DNA of 64,000 nt from Candidatus Poribacteria bacterium (GCA_965198235.1 OZ240248.1:1184001-1248000); one strand, 5' to 3'; shown: positions 53,453-63,885, counted from the stretch's first letter. Translations and numbers: made by a program. Notes: a model not told the origin generated them from the sequence alone.

Positions 53453-54259
53453 TCAGGATTCCTGTTCATCGCTCAAAATCTTATGCAAAGTTGTCGATAA
53501 CGCGATCAACGTCTTCACTCGATCATCGAAGTAAGCTTCTGATGACATAGCCAAATCCTGTGCCTTCTGAACCGCTTCCGCTAAACCCGCAATCACGGAC
53601 TCTGTTGTTGCCGAGTATTCCAACATACGTGCTTGCGCATAAGCAGCTTTCGCTTCACGCCACAACGCTCCATACTTCTGATTCGGCCAACGGCTGTGTG
53701 TTGGACGGAGATAAGAGAACGCACGCTTCCAAATCTTAAAAATAGGAAGAAGATGCTCCCCGGGTTCCCCGACTTCTATCGGAACGCCATCTATCTTCTT
53801 TTCACGCAGTTCAATATGCTGGCGCAGAAACGCGAACTCCGAAAAGTAGTTCACCATTTCGATCAGTGCTTCCTCTGTATCCAGCCGTCGCGCATGACAA
53901 ATCACGATAAACTCACGATGTGTGTCCGTGATCGGTAACACCGCACAGCGAGGGAACAATTCAGAATAAATCCTGCTTTGGCACTCCTCCAGATAATCCG
54001 CGATACACGATGGAACCGTCATATTCCAACCATGCTTATCGCCTTTATATTTCGTCCCGTCATTCGCTATATAAATTTGTCTTACTTTAATCTCACCCGA
54101 TTCATACTTTGCCACCCAATCCCGACGAAAAGCTTCGGTCACTGCTTCAGCACGCGGTCTATGCAGTGCCGCCAGTTCCTTGAAAAAGTCGCAACCCGCG
54201 GGAAGCTGCTTCGCCTGTTCTGCAAGGTCTGTATTCTGTACTACCAAATTCCCATTCAT
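53453..54259 (-). CDS. Hypothetical protein (weak resemblance to phage DUF2280)
   Basis: AGGAGG RBS; FIVICHA...YLRP...KYGALWREAK pattern. Family assignment is by eye only. Confidence 0.6.
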   Translation of the reverse strand: MNGNLVVQNTDLAEQAKQLPAGCDFFKELAALHRPRAEAVTEAFRRDWVAKYESGEIKVRQIYIANDGTKYKGDKHGWNMTVPSCIADYLEECQSRIYSELFPRCAVLPITDTHREFIVICHARRLDTEEALIEMVNYFSEFAFLRQHIELREKKIDGVPIEVGEPGEHLLPIFKIWKRAFSYLRPTHSRWPNQKYGALWREAKAAYAQARMLEYSATTESVIAGLAEAVQKAQDLAMSSEAYFDDRVKTLIALSTTLHKILSDEQES

Positions 54260-54826
54260 CTGAAGTCCTCCTTCTGCATTGTTTATCGTAAAACCTGAAA
54301 GTCCGTAAACACCTCAAAAAACAGTAGTCCCGTCCCTTTCGCTGACGGGGTTGTAACCCCAACCATCCTTCGTAATGGAATACGAATTAAATAATTACTA
54401 AAATTAAGTTAACATATATGCAAATTCTACCACAAAACTATTTTTCTATGCAAGCATTTTAACCGCAAAAATCCGTTTTCACGGAGAACGCCTCTTTTCG
54501 ATACTGGGAAGCCAGTGGTCCCGTGCTACGAGAAAAACCTCCGTGAAGCCTCCGTGAATTGCCACTTTTCTGATGGTATAAATCTTCTCACAAAACCACA
54601 TTATCTCGTAAACGTCCCAATCTACTGCCATTTGCTGACGAAGGGGACCCACAACCTTTGGAGGCGAAACGCATTGTAAACAAACGAAATAGGTAAACTT
54701 AACACTACGAAAGACGTTAGATATACAGGAAACCCAAAATCCGTGAAATCTGTGAAATCTGCGAGAATCCGCGATTCAGACAATAGTTACTACACATCAC
54801 CGGCATTGGAACAGTTCAAAAAACAT

Positions 54827-54856
54827 TTGACAACCCCTTATGGAATATGGTATCAT
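54827..54856 (+). promoter_or_regulatory. sigma70-like promoter of the ileS leader
   Basis: TTGACA-18 nt-TATCAT with an extended -10 TG. Confidence 0.65.
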
Positions 54857-54948
54857 AATTAATAGGGATACGTTTTAGCCGAGTCTGAGAAAAGACTCTG
54901 CATCTACAACGACATCACACATCGTTCAAACGAGGCATAGACAGAAAA

Positions 54949-55086
54949 ATGCTTACTACACCGACATCGCAAGATAAGGAATCTGTGCGCTGCAACACCC
55001 CAAATCACGACTGCCTTGGGGCTGTCACGGGTTCGCGCGCCATATCCATTATTATTATTGCTATTCGTCGTGCTGTGGTGGGCTAA
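54949..55086 (+). CDS. Ile-rich attenuator leader peptide (45 aa)
   Basis: MLTTPTSQDKESVRCNTPNHDCLGAVTGSRAISIIIIAIRRAVVG*; 6 Ile codons within 8 codons; lies directly upstream of a terminator and ileS. Confidence 0.8.
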   Translation: MLTTPTSQDKESVRCNTPNHDCLGAVTGSRAISIIIIAIRRAVVG

Positions 55087-55114
55087 TCACGAGCAGATAA
55101 GAAGTTTCTATTAC

Positions 55115-55160
55115 AACGCCCATCACTGAAGCAGACGATTTCAGTGAGGGTGTTTTTTAT
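55115..55160 (+). terminator. Attenuator terminator upstream of ileS
   Basis: AACGCCC-A-TCACTGAA/TTCAGTGA-GGGTGTT stem plus T-run; the 5' arm GCCCATCAC can alternatively pair with GTGGTGGGC at 55075-55083. Confidence 0.82.
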
Positions 55161-55298
55161 TTAAGATGCCCTGCATGGACGTAGGTCCAATCAACTAAAA
55201 TTCGCGCAATCCGCGATTCAGACAATTAACATTGCACATCACTGACTTAAATTCTTAATCTTCATTAAGGAAAACGGCTTACGCCGAGGAGATGCCAC

Positions 55299-58200
55299 AT
55301 GACAAACCGCTCTAATCGAACGCTTGGCGACCGTATGGAAAAAATGTTTGGAGAGGTATCATCCCAATTCACATTTGCTGAAAGAGAAAAACAGATTTTA
55401 GAGTTCTGGCGTGAAAACGACATCTTTCAGAAGAGTATGGAGATGTCCAAAGACGCGCCGTCGTTTGTTTTTCTGGAAGGACCACCGTTTGCGAATGCAC
55501 CGCCCGGTGTGCACCACGTCCTCGCACGTATCATGAAAGATGCTGTCTGCCGTTACAAGACGATGACGGGGCATTACGTCCACCGTAAAGCAGGCTGGGA
55601 CACGCACGGACTTCCCGTTGAATATCAGGTCGAAAAGCAACTCAATATTACAAACAAAGCCGAACTGGAGGCTTACGGCGTTCAGAACTTCATCGAAAAG
55701 TGTAAGGAGAACGTCTTCCAATACGAGCAGGATTGGCGGCAGATGACCGAACGCATCGGATTCTGGGTCAATCTCGATGAAGCCTATATCACGTTGTCGA
55801 ACGATTACATTGAAAGCGTCTGGTGGGTACTCCGACAAGCGTGGGAGAAAGAACTCCTGTATCATGGACATAAGGTGCAACCGTATTGCTATCGGTGCGG
55901 CACAACCTTAGCGAGCCACGAAGTCGCGCTCGCTTACCAAGAGGTCGCCGATCCATCTATCTTTGTTCGCTTCCCGCTGAAAAATCGGGAGAATACCTAC
56001 CTCCTCGTCTGGACGACAACCCCGTGGACGTTGCCTTCTAACGTCGCCGTCGCTGTCGGTGAAAATTACGATTACGTCGCCGTTGAAGAAGGTAACGGAC
56101 AACACCTCATCCTCGCAAAAGAGTGTATACCCAGTTTATTCGGAGAGGAAACCCCGCAAATCGTCGAAAACTATAAGGGCAGTGACCTCCAAGGGTGGGA
56201 ATACGAACCCTTGTTTGATGGCGGACAGCATCCGGAAAGATCCCACTACATCGTCACGGGTGATTTCGTGACGACGACAGAGGGGAGTGGCTTGGTTCAC
56301 GTTGCTCCCGCTTTCGGACAGGATGACTACGAGATCGGACAGAAATACGGTCTGCCGCTCGTGCAATTAGTCGGTCCCGACGGTAGATTTGTCCCAGAAG
56401 TTAAAGACGCTTGGGCGGGTGAGTCCGTCAAAGACGCTGATCCAAAAATCATCGAAAACTTGGACGGACGTGGACTGTTATTCAAGGCTGCCGAGTATAC
56501 GCACCAATATCCGTTCTGTTGGCGGTGTGATACCCCGTTGCTCTACTATGCCCGCGAATCGTGGTTTATCCGGACGACCGCCATCCGAGATCAGATGCAT
56601 CAGCACAATCAGCAAATCAACTGGTACCCGGAGCATATCAAAGACGGACGTTTCGGCAATTGGTTAGAAAACAATATCGACTGGGGATTGAGCCGTGAAC
56701 GCTATTGGGGCACCCCCTTGCCGGTCTGGGTGTGTGACGACTGCGGACATCAGCACTGTGTCGGCAGTATCGCCGAATTGCAGGAACTCGGGACCGATGT
56801 GCCAGATGATATTGAACTACACCGTCCTTATGTAGACGATGTTGTCCTCGCGTGCAAGAAATGCAGCGGCACGATGCATCGCGTGCAAGATGTCATTGAT
56901 TGCTGGTTTGACTCCGGCTGTGCGCACACGGCGCAGTGGCACTATCCCTTTGAGAACAAGGAGATGCTGGAGCAGGCGTATCCCGCGGATTTCATCTCCG
57001 AAGCCATAGATCAAACCCGTGGGTGGTTCTATAGTCTCTTAGCAACCGGCACACTCCTTTATGACAAACCCGCCTACAAAAACTGCCTCTGTCTTGAACT
57101 AATTATGGGACCCGACGGCCAAAAGATGAGTAAAAGTCGAGGCAACACGGTGGATCCGTGGACAATTCTAAACGAACAAGGTGCCGATGCGATGCGCTGG
57201 TATATGTTCACCGCAACCACACCGTGGACACCACGCGCTTTCAAACCAGAGGGCATTGATGAAGCGTTGAAGAAGTTCATGGGAACCCTCCAGAACGTCT
57301 ATAGTTTCTTCGTCATGTACGCCAACCTTGAGCAGGTCGATGTCCTGCAAGATACACCGCCTGTCTCGGAACGCGCCACAGTAGACAGGTGGATCTTGTC
57401 TCGCCTCCACACCCTCATCGATAAGGTGCGCGACGAGATGGAAAATTATCATCTCACGAATGCCCCGCGCGCCATTGAGACGTTTGTGGACGATCTCAGC
57501 AACTGGTATGTCCGCCGCTCCCGCGATCGCTTCTGGGGCGCGAAAGCCGGACCTGACAAGCATGCCGCATACGCCACGCTTTATGAGGTCCTCGTAACCG
57601 TTGCGAAACTCGCTGCACCCTTCGTTCCATTTTTGGCGGATGAACTCTATCGTAACTTGGTGTGTTCGCTGAATACTGAGGCACCCCTCAGTGTTCATCT
57701 TGCGAAGTATCCCGTTGCGGATGCCGCACTCAAAGATGCCCAGTTAGAAGCAGATATGGATTTCACACGCGGAGCGATTAGCATGGGACATGCCGCCCGC
57801 AATCGTTCCGGCATTAAGACGCGCCAACCATTGGCAGAAATCACCCTCGGTGGGCTCTCCGATGCAGAGAAAGCGACCGTAAATCGTTTGGCCGACCTCA
57901 TCCACGATGAACTCAATGTCAAAGCGATCGTCTTCACAGAGGAATTGAACGCTTTCGCACAGGTGACACTCAAACCCAACTTCAAGGTATTGGGACCCAA
58001 GTATGGCAAGGGCGTGCAAGCCATCGCCAAAGCACTCGCTTCCGTAGACGCAGTCGCGTTGAAAGCGGAGTTGGAAGCCGCGGGAAGTTTGCAAGTTGAA
58101 GCATCGGGAGAGACATACACCCTTGAGCAGTCCGAAGTTGATGTGCAGACCCAGAATCGAGAGGGTTTCTTTGTAGAGGTAGACGCGAAGAAATTCGTCG

Positions 58201-58490
58201 CATTGTCAACGGAATTGACACACGAGTTGACGCTGGAGGGCTTGGCGCGCGAGTTTGTCAATAAAATCCAGAATATGCGGAAGGAAGCGGATTTTAATAT
58301 CTCCGATCGGATTAAACTCAGTCTCAGTACCACTTCTCCGCTTGTGGGTGAGGCGTTTAAGACCCATCGAGACTATATCCTCCGCGAGACACTTACGACT
58401 ACAGTCGTAGACGCTCCGGGTGAAAATGCCTTTACCCTCGCGCAAAAACTGAACGGCGAACCCGCAACCTTGAGCGTTGAGCAGGTTTAG
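55299..58490 (+). CDS. ileS: Isoleucine-tRNA ligase, type 2
   Basis: EGPPFAN, GWDTHGLPVE, WTTTPWTL, DWGLSRERYWGTPLP, DQTRGWFY, KMSKS; type 2 C-terminus (EGLAREFVNKIQNMRK); signature motif GVHH. Confidence 0.96.
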   Translation: MTNRSNRTLGDRMEKMFGEVSSQFTFAEREKQILEFWRENDIFQKSMEMSKDAPSFVFLEGPPFANAPPGVHHVLARIMKDAVCRYKTMTGHYVHRKAGWDTHGLPVEYQVEKQLNITNKAELEAYGVQNFIEKCKENVFQYEQDWRQMTERIGFWVNLDEAYITLSNDYIESVWWVLRQAWEKELLYHGHKVQPYCYRCGTTLASHEVALAYQEVADPSIFVRFPLKNRENTYLLVWTTTPWTLPSNVAVAVGENYDYVAVEEGNGQHLILAKECIPSLFGEETPQIVENYKGSDLQGWEYEPLFDGGQHPERSHYIVTGDFVTTTEGSGLVHVAPAFGQDDYEIGQKYGLPLVQLVGPDGRFVPEVKDAWAGESVKDADPKIIENLDGRGLLFKAAEYTHQYPFCWRCDTPLLYYARESWFIRTTAIRDQMHQHNQQINWYPEHIKDGRFGNWLENNIDWGLSRERYWGTPLPVWVCDDCGHQHCVGSIAELQELGTDVPDDIELHRPYVDDVVLACKKCSGTMHRVQDVIDCWFDSGCAHTAQWHYPFENKEMLEQAYPADFISEAIDQTRGWFYSLLATGTLLYDKPAYKNCLCLELIMGPDGQKMSKSRGNTVDPWTILNEQGADAMRWYMFTATTPWTPRAFKPEGIDEALKKFMGTLQNVYSFFVMYANLEQVDVLQDTPPVSERATVDRWILSRLHTLIDKVRDEMENYHLTNAPRAIETFVDDLSNWYVRRSRDRFWGAKAGPDKHAAYATLYEVLVTVAKLAAPFVPFLADELYRNLVCSLNTEAPLSVHLAKYPVADAALKDAQLEADMDFTRGAISMGHAARNRSGIKTRQPLAEITLGGLSDAEKATVNRLADLIHDELNVKAIVFTEELNAFAQVTLKPNFKVLGPKYGKGVQAIAKALASVDAVALKAELEAAGSLQVEASGETYTLEQSEVDVQTQNREGFFVEVDAKKFVALSTELTHELTLEGLAREFVNKIQNMRKEADFNISDRIKLSLSTTSPLVGEAFKTHRDYILRETLTTTVVDAPGENAFTLAQKLNGEPATLSVEQV

Positions 58491-58888
58491 CCCATCCTTT
58501 CTCCGCTGGCGAGGTTTCCTAACCTCGCCATTGTACATATAAAAGATGTCGTGTTTATTGTTTTGCCGATGTGGTGTCAAACCACACCGGTTCTTTTATT
58601 CATCAAATTTTCGTGCGGTTTTGGATAACCAGACTCGGTAGGTGCGGTTTGCAACCGCACCGAGTATCGAAAAGGGGCGTTCAACCTCCGGACAATCCGA
58701 TAAATTTTTAAATCTAAATGTCCTAATTGAATGGATTAAAAAACTTGCTTTAAAACCGAATTTTTGCTATAGTACGATTTAAAATAAATATCTTTAAAAC
58801 CTGTCTCATAAACTGATTTCTGTGGCGGGGTCTCCGTGCCTCAGCCCCTTATAAATTCCAGTTATAGTAATGAAAGGAGATTCCGTTC

Positions 58889-59767
58889 ATGCAAGATTTT
58901 TCCTATGTTGCCGCGCAAACGGTACCGGAAGCCGTTGCCCTGCTTGACGAAAAAGGAGAAAAAGCCCGCATCTTGGCGGGTGGAACTGATCTCATTGTTC
59001 AAGTCCGGGAAGCACGCCGAGACGTTGACTTGATGATTGATGTCAAATCCATTCCAGAGGTGAACGTCTTAGATTACGATGATAACGCTGGCTTAACGCT
59101 CGGTGCTGCAGTCGAATGTTATAAAATTTACGCCGTTGATGCCATCTGTGATGCCTATCCCGGTTTAATCGATGCAACCAAAATTATTGGTGGCACCGCG
59201 ATCCAAGGACGTGCTGGCGTTGGCGGTAATTTGTGTAACGCCTCACCCGCTGCGGATTGCATACCGCCGCTGATTGTGCTTAATGCCACATGTGTCATTG
59301 CCGGTCCAAACGGCGAGCGTGAACTACCTGTTGAAGATTTCTGTACGGCTCCGGGGCAAACCGCTCTGGAAAAAGGCGAGATGCTCGTCTCTCTGAAGAT
59401 ACCAGCACCTGCAAGCAATTCCAGTTCTTTCTATCTCCGGTTTATCCCGCGCAATGAGATGGATATCGCTGTCGTTGGTGCCGGAGCGTCTGTGACACTT
59501 GATGATGCGAAACAGACAATTGTCTCTGCTCGCATTGCACTCGCTGCTGTCGCACCCACGCCGCTCTTTGCTGAAGAAGCGAGCGCGCTACTCGCAGGTC
59601 GCGAGGTTTCTGATGCCGCAATTGATGATGCCGCACAAGCTGCGCAAGCCATCGCACGCCCGATTAGCGATATGCGTGGTACTGCCGAGCAGCGGACACA
59701 CCTCGTCGGTGTGCTGACTCGGCGCGCACTCAACGGCGCAATCCAGAGAGTCCGAGACGCAGCATAA
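58889..59767 (+). CDS. Xanthine dehydrogenase family FAD-binding subunit (CoxM/XdhB-like)
   Basis: LAGGTDL, GGNLCNASPAAD, AVAPTP, PISDMRG. Confidence 0.92.
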   Translation: MQDFSYVAAQTVPEAVALLDEKGEKARILAGGTDLIVQVREARRDVDLMIDVKSIPEVNVLDYDDNAGLTLGAAVECYKIYAVDAICDAYPGLIDATKIIGGTAIQGRAGVGGNLCNASPAADCIPPLIVLNATCVIAGPNGERELPVEDFCTAPGQTALEKGEMLVSLKIPAPASNSSSFYLRFIPRNEMDIAVVGAGASVTLDDAKQTIVSARIALAAVAPTPLFAEEASALLAGREVSDAAIDDAAQAAQAIARPISDMRGTAEQRTHLVGVLTRRALNGAIQRVRDAA

Positions 59768-60006
59768 ATTTTTGTCCATTTTTTTAATTTATTACTTCTG
59801 GACTGCGCTCCATTTCATTCCGCACAGGTTTCTGGTAATCATCATGTGTGGGACTGCGACAGCAGCCCTACTTAAGAAATTAAAGAATTAAGGCTCACAA
59901 GTTTTCAAGGCATCGTGAATTCATCGGAAGCCCGCATTCTCACTGCGAAGCAAACGGACGCAGCGGCCCAGAAGCCCATAATTAAAAAAACGAAAGGAAC
60001 CATACT

Positions 60007-60483
60007 ATGGCGAGAAAATCGCACGTTCAAACCACTATCAATGGCGAAACAGTAGAATTTCTCTGCGAATCCCGGCAAAGCCTACTCGAAGTTCTCAGAG
60101 ATGAACTCCACCTTACAGGTGCTAAAGAGGGATGCAACAACGGAAATTGTGGAGCTTGCAGTGTCATCCTCGACGGCAGGCTCGTCAATTCATGTCTCGT
60201 CCTTGGTGTAGAGACTGAAGACAAATCTGTCGAAACCATAGAAGGTCTCGCGGAACCCGACAAGCTGCATCCTATCCAAGACGCGTTCTTAGAGAACGCC
60301 GCACTCCAGTGCGGTATTTGCACACCCGGCTTTATTATGAGTGCCAAGGCATTGCTGGATAGCAACCCGAATCCAACCGAACATGAAATTCGGTACTGGT
60401 TAGCGGGTAACCTGTGTCGCTGTACTGGCTATGATAAAATTGTCAAAGCGGTGATAGATGCCGCTAAGGAAACCTCTGCTTAA
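60007..60483 (+). CDS. Xanthine dehydrogenase family 2Fe-2S subunit (CoxS-like)
   Basis: GCNNGNCGAC...NSC; QCGICTPG; NLCRCTGY. Confidence 0.95.
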   Translation: MARKSHVQTTINGETVEFLCESRQSLLEVLRDELHLTGAKEGCNNGNCGACSVILDGRLVNSCLVLGVETEDKSVETIEGLAEPDKLHPIQDAFLENAALQCGICTPGFIMSAKALLDSNPNPTEHEIRYWLAGNLCRCTGYDKIVKAVIDAAKETSA

Positions 60484-60523
60484 CTTCATACAAACACAGT
60501 CTCATGAATCGGAGGTATACGTA

Positions 60524-62779
60524 ATGACTGAAAAGAAAGAATATAAAGTCATCGGCACCCGTCCTATCCGCCATGATGGGGTCGACAAAGTCACCGGTCG
60601 CGCACTTTACGGGGCAGATTTTCAAATGACAGGGCTCCTGCACGGTAGAGTCCTGCGCAGCCCGCACGCTCATGCGCGAATTATATCGATTGACACCAGC
60701 CGTGCCGAAGCCTATCCGGGCGTTAAAGGCGTTGTTACCGCTCAAGACTTGCCTGAAGCTGAGGACAAAATCGCGGATCTCGGCGAAGGTGCGGTCAGTC
60801 TCAAGTATCTCTGCGATAACATCTTGGCAAGCGATAAGGCTTTGTACAAAGGGCACGCTGTTGCCGCTGTTGCCGCAACAAGCCCACATATCGCTGAGGA
60901 GGCTTGTGCACTCATTGATGTCGAATACGAAGTGCTGCCACCTGTCTTAGAGGTACGCCAAGCAATGGAGTCGGATGCACCACTCCTACACGAAACCCTA
61001 AAAACTACCTCAATGGGTGAAACCGCTGACGAATCGAGCAACGTCGCAAGCCATATCCAACACAAACTCGGTGATCCTGAAAAAGGGTTCGCCGAAGCGG
61101 ATGTCGTTATTGAACGCGAATTCGTCACAGGCACTGTCCATCAAGGCTATATTGAACCCCACAACGCCACGGCACATTACAACCAAGATGGTCAGTTGAC
61201 CATTTGGTGTAGCACACAGGGCGCGTTTACTGTTCGTGAACAGGTCGCCGAAATTCTCCAATACCCCATTTCCAAAATTAAAGTTGTTCCAATGGAAATT
61301 GGCGGCGGTTTTGGTGGCAAGATTAGCGTTTACATTAAACCCGTTGCCGCGTTGTTGGCAAGGAAAACAGGTAAGCCTGTCAAGGTTCTGATGAGTCGTA
61401 CGGATGTGTTTGAAGGTACAGGACCGACACCTGCCTCCTACGTCCGTGTCAAGATGGGCGCAACCGAAGAGGGTAAGATAACTGCCGCTGAGGCGTATCT
61501 TGCTTTTGAAGCAGGTGCCTACCCAGGTTCTCCTGTTGGACCTGGCGCAATGTGTATCTTTGCACCCTACAGCATTGAAAACGTTGTCATTGATGGCTAC
61601 GATGTCGTTGTCAATAAACCGAAAACCGCGCCCTACCGCGCCCCCGGAGCACCAAACGCTGCTTTCGGTTCAGAGACAGTTCTTGACGAGATCGCGGAGA
61701 AACTGGACATCGATCCACTTGAAATCCGGTTGCTCAACGGCGCGAAAGAGGGCGACCGACGCGCAGACGGACCCATTCACCCCCGCATCGGCTGTATTGA
61801 AACGCTCGAAGCGGCGAAATCCCATCCGCACTATACAGCACCGAATGGGAAGAAACATCACGGTCGCGGGATCGCTTCCGGGTACTGGTTCAATATCGGC
61901 TTGGAGTCCAGCGTGACGATTAATGTCAACGCCGATGGCACAATTAACCTCGTTGAAGGTTCCACAGACATCGGTGGCTCGCGCGCTTCAATCGCTATGC
62001 AGGCGGCAGAAGTCCTCGGCATTCCCGCCGAATCGGTCAATCCAAGTGTTGTTGATACCAATTCTGTCGGTTACACTGCTGTGACGGGCGGTAGCCGCAC
62101 AACTTACGCAACTGGCTACGCCGCTTATGAAGCCGCACAAGAGGTCAAGCGGCAGATGATTGAACGTGCCGCAAAGCTCTGGGAAGTTGACGAAGACAAC
62201 GTGCAGTTTGCAGATGGTGAATTCTCAAGTATCAACGGCAAAGAAGAGCAGATTAGTTTCCGCGACCTATGTGCCCACCTCGGTCAAACCGGTGGTCCGA
62301 TTGTAGGCAGCGGGACAGTGAATCCTGGTGGTGCCGGTGGGGCGTTTGCAACACACGTCGTGGATGTGGTAGTGGACGAGGAGACCGGCAAGGTCGAGAT
62401 CCTCCGCTATACCGCAGTCCAGGATGCAGGAAGAGCCATCCATCCCAGTTATGTTGAGGGCCAAATACAGGGGGGTGTTGTTCAAGGTATCGGTTGGGCG
62501 TTGAATGAGGAATACATCTACAATGACGAAGGCACCATGACAAACGCCAGTTTCCTCGATTACCGGATGCCGACCTGTTTGGATTTACCTATGATTGATG
62601 CTGTCATCGTTGAAGTCCCGAATCCGGGGCATCCGTATGGTGTGCGTGGGGTCGGTGAAGTGCCGATTGTGCCACCGCTTGCTGCCATCGCCAATGCCAT
62701 CTACGATGCAATCGGCGTTCGGATGACAGAACTCCCGATGTCGCCTGACAGGCTGCTGAAAGCCATGGGCAAAATCTAA
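60524..62779 (+). CDS. Xanthine dehydrogenase family molybdopterin-binding subunit
   Basis: RSPHAHA, GGGFGGK, YRAPG, GGSRT, GQIQGG..QG, GVGEVP; GGAGG RBS before ATG 60524. Confidence 0.93.
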   Translation: MTEKKEYKVIGTRPIRHDGVDKVTGRALYGADFQMTGLLHGRVLRSPHAHARIISIDTSRAEAYPGVKGVVTAQDLPEAEDKIADLGEGAVSLKYLCDNILASDKALYKGHAVAAVAATSPHIAEEACALIDVEYEVLPPVLEVRQAMESDAPLLHETLKTTSMGETADESSNVASHIQHKLGDPEKGFAEADVVIEREFVTGTVHQGYIEPHNATAHYNQDGQLTIWCSTQGAFTVREQVAEILQYPISKIKVVPMEIGGGFGGKISVYIKPVAALLARKTGKPVKVLMSRTDVFEGTGPTPASYVRVKMGATEEGKITAAEAYLAFEAGAYPGSPVGPGAMCIFAPYSIENVVIDGYDVVVNKPKTAPYRAPGAPNAAFGSETVLDEIAEKLDIDPLEIRLLNGAKEGDRRADGPIHPRIGCIETLEAAKSHPHYTAPNGKKHHGRGIASGYWFNIGLESSVTINVNADGTINLVEGSTDIGGSRASIAMQAAEVLGIPAESVNPSVVDTNSVGYTAVTGGSRTTYATGYAAYEAAQEVKRQMIERAAKLWEVDEDNVQFADGEFSSINGKEEQISFRDLCAHLGQTGGPIVGSGTVNPGGAGGAFATHVVDVVVDEETGKVEILRYTAVQDAGRAIHPSYVEGQIQGGVVQGIGWALNEEYIYNDEGTMTNASFLDYRMPTCLDLPMIDAVIVEVPNPGHPYGVRGVGEVPIVPPLAAIANAIYDAIGVRMTELPMSPDRLLKAMGKI

Positions 62780-62852
62780 TTCGTTACGAATTCCTTAGGG
62801 CGAGGTCTTGTACCTCGCCCTCTTTTATCAGCAATTATTGAATCTGAAAAAA

Positions 62853-63134
62853 ATGCCAACCGTAGTTATTCCACCCCTCATGCGTAATCTCACAGGCGGC
62901 GAAGCGAACATTACTCTCCCCGGTGCAACTCTCCGTGCAGTGATTGATAATTTAGAGAGTCGCTACCCGGGTATCAAAGAACGGTTATGTGAAGAAGACC
63001 GTCTTAAACCCGGCATCGCCGTATACATCAACGGCCTTCTCACCCGGGGATCCATCCTCGAACGCGTTGATACGGATGCCGAGATTCATTTCCTTCCTGC
63101 CATCGGCGGTGGTGTTGCAGAACCATCACACTAA
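62853..63134 (+). CDS. MoaD/ThiS family sulfur carrier with C-terminal extension
   Basis: IP..MR.LTGG, G.TL..VI.NLE..YPG...RL, V.ING, PAIGGG followed by VAEPSH. Confidence 0.85.
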   Translation: MPTVVIPPLMRNLTGGEANITLPGATLRAVIDNLESRYPGIKERLCEEDRLKPGIAVYINGLLTRGSILERVDTDAEIHFLPAIGGGVAEPSH

Positions 63135-63237
63135 AACCCTACACCGTTTTGAAACGTTGTGGCAGGACAAGTGTGTTTTCTTGATATACAACTGCAGAAC
63201 GTCGTCGCACATCCCCACAAATAGTAGGTGCTATCTC

Positions 63238-63885
63238 CTAACCGCACCGAGCCTGACAAGGAAATCGAAAATTATTGACGCTAATGCTTTCGGCGATTGA
63301 TTTAAGCGTGTCAGGCACTTCGCAAACGATAAAGCAATACCAACCGCGTGCCGTCTTTTTCAACGTGACTTCTTTCGGGTCTCCACTGATCGGACGGTGT
63401 TGGCGGATCTTGACTTCACCTAACTTCGGCACTTTCAGACGGTTATACCGAGAACCTGTTTCACGGATCGGGGTCTCGCGCTTGCGTCTAAATGTGCCTG
63501 TAGATTTATCCTTAACCTTATACTTTCGCAGACTCCACGTCAACGAGCGAACAGAACGCTTATAGCGAGGATACCCTTTTTTGTCCGATCCCTCTTTGCA
63601 ACGGCGTTGAAAATGCTCGTGTGCAGCGTTGACACGTTTGATTGTTTGCACCTGCATATCCTGTGAGTGATCGGAATAGTGCGAGGTATCGGTACGCAGC
63701 TTCGCCAGATGGTTTATCTGGTCATACATCGACACAGATTTACGACCATACTCCCACATCTGCGAACGCATCTGGAGCATATAGTTCTGCAACTGCTTCT
63801 GGTGGCGCAACTCCGCAAAAAGCCAACGTTCCTCTGTTTTTGTAGGTTTTGCGCGGAACTTAAATGTCATTTTCATGATTGCCAT
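63238..63885 (-). pseudogene. tnpB: Truncated IS605-family TnpB (N-terminal half)
   Basis: FKFR..PT, F.RR.K.G..K.GYPRYK, LKVPKLG.VKIRQHRPI.G..K.VTL....GWY; ends before RuvC-I at a REP-like repeat. Confidence 0.8.

Noticed and set aside
54860-55290. T-box riboswitch upstream of ileS
   Set aside because: No T-box consensus (AGGGTGGNACCGCG) was seen; a leader peptide plus terminator fits better.
58889-62779. Aerobic CO dehydrogenase (coxMSL)
   Set aside because: It lacks the AYxCSFR motif and coxDEFG accessory genes.
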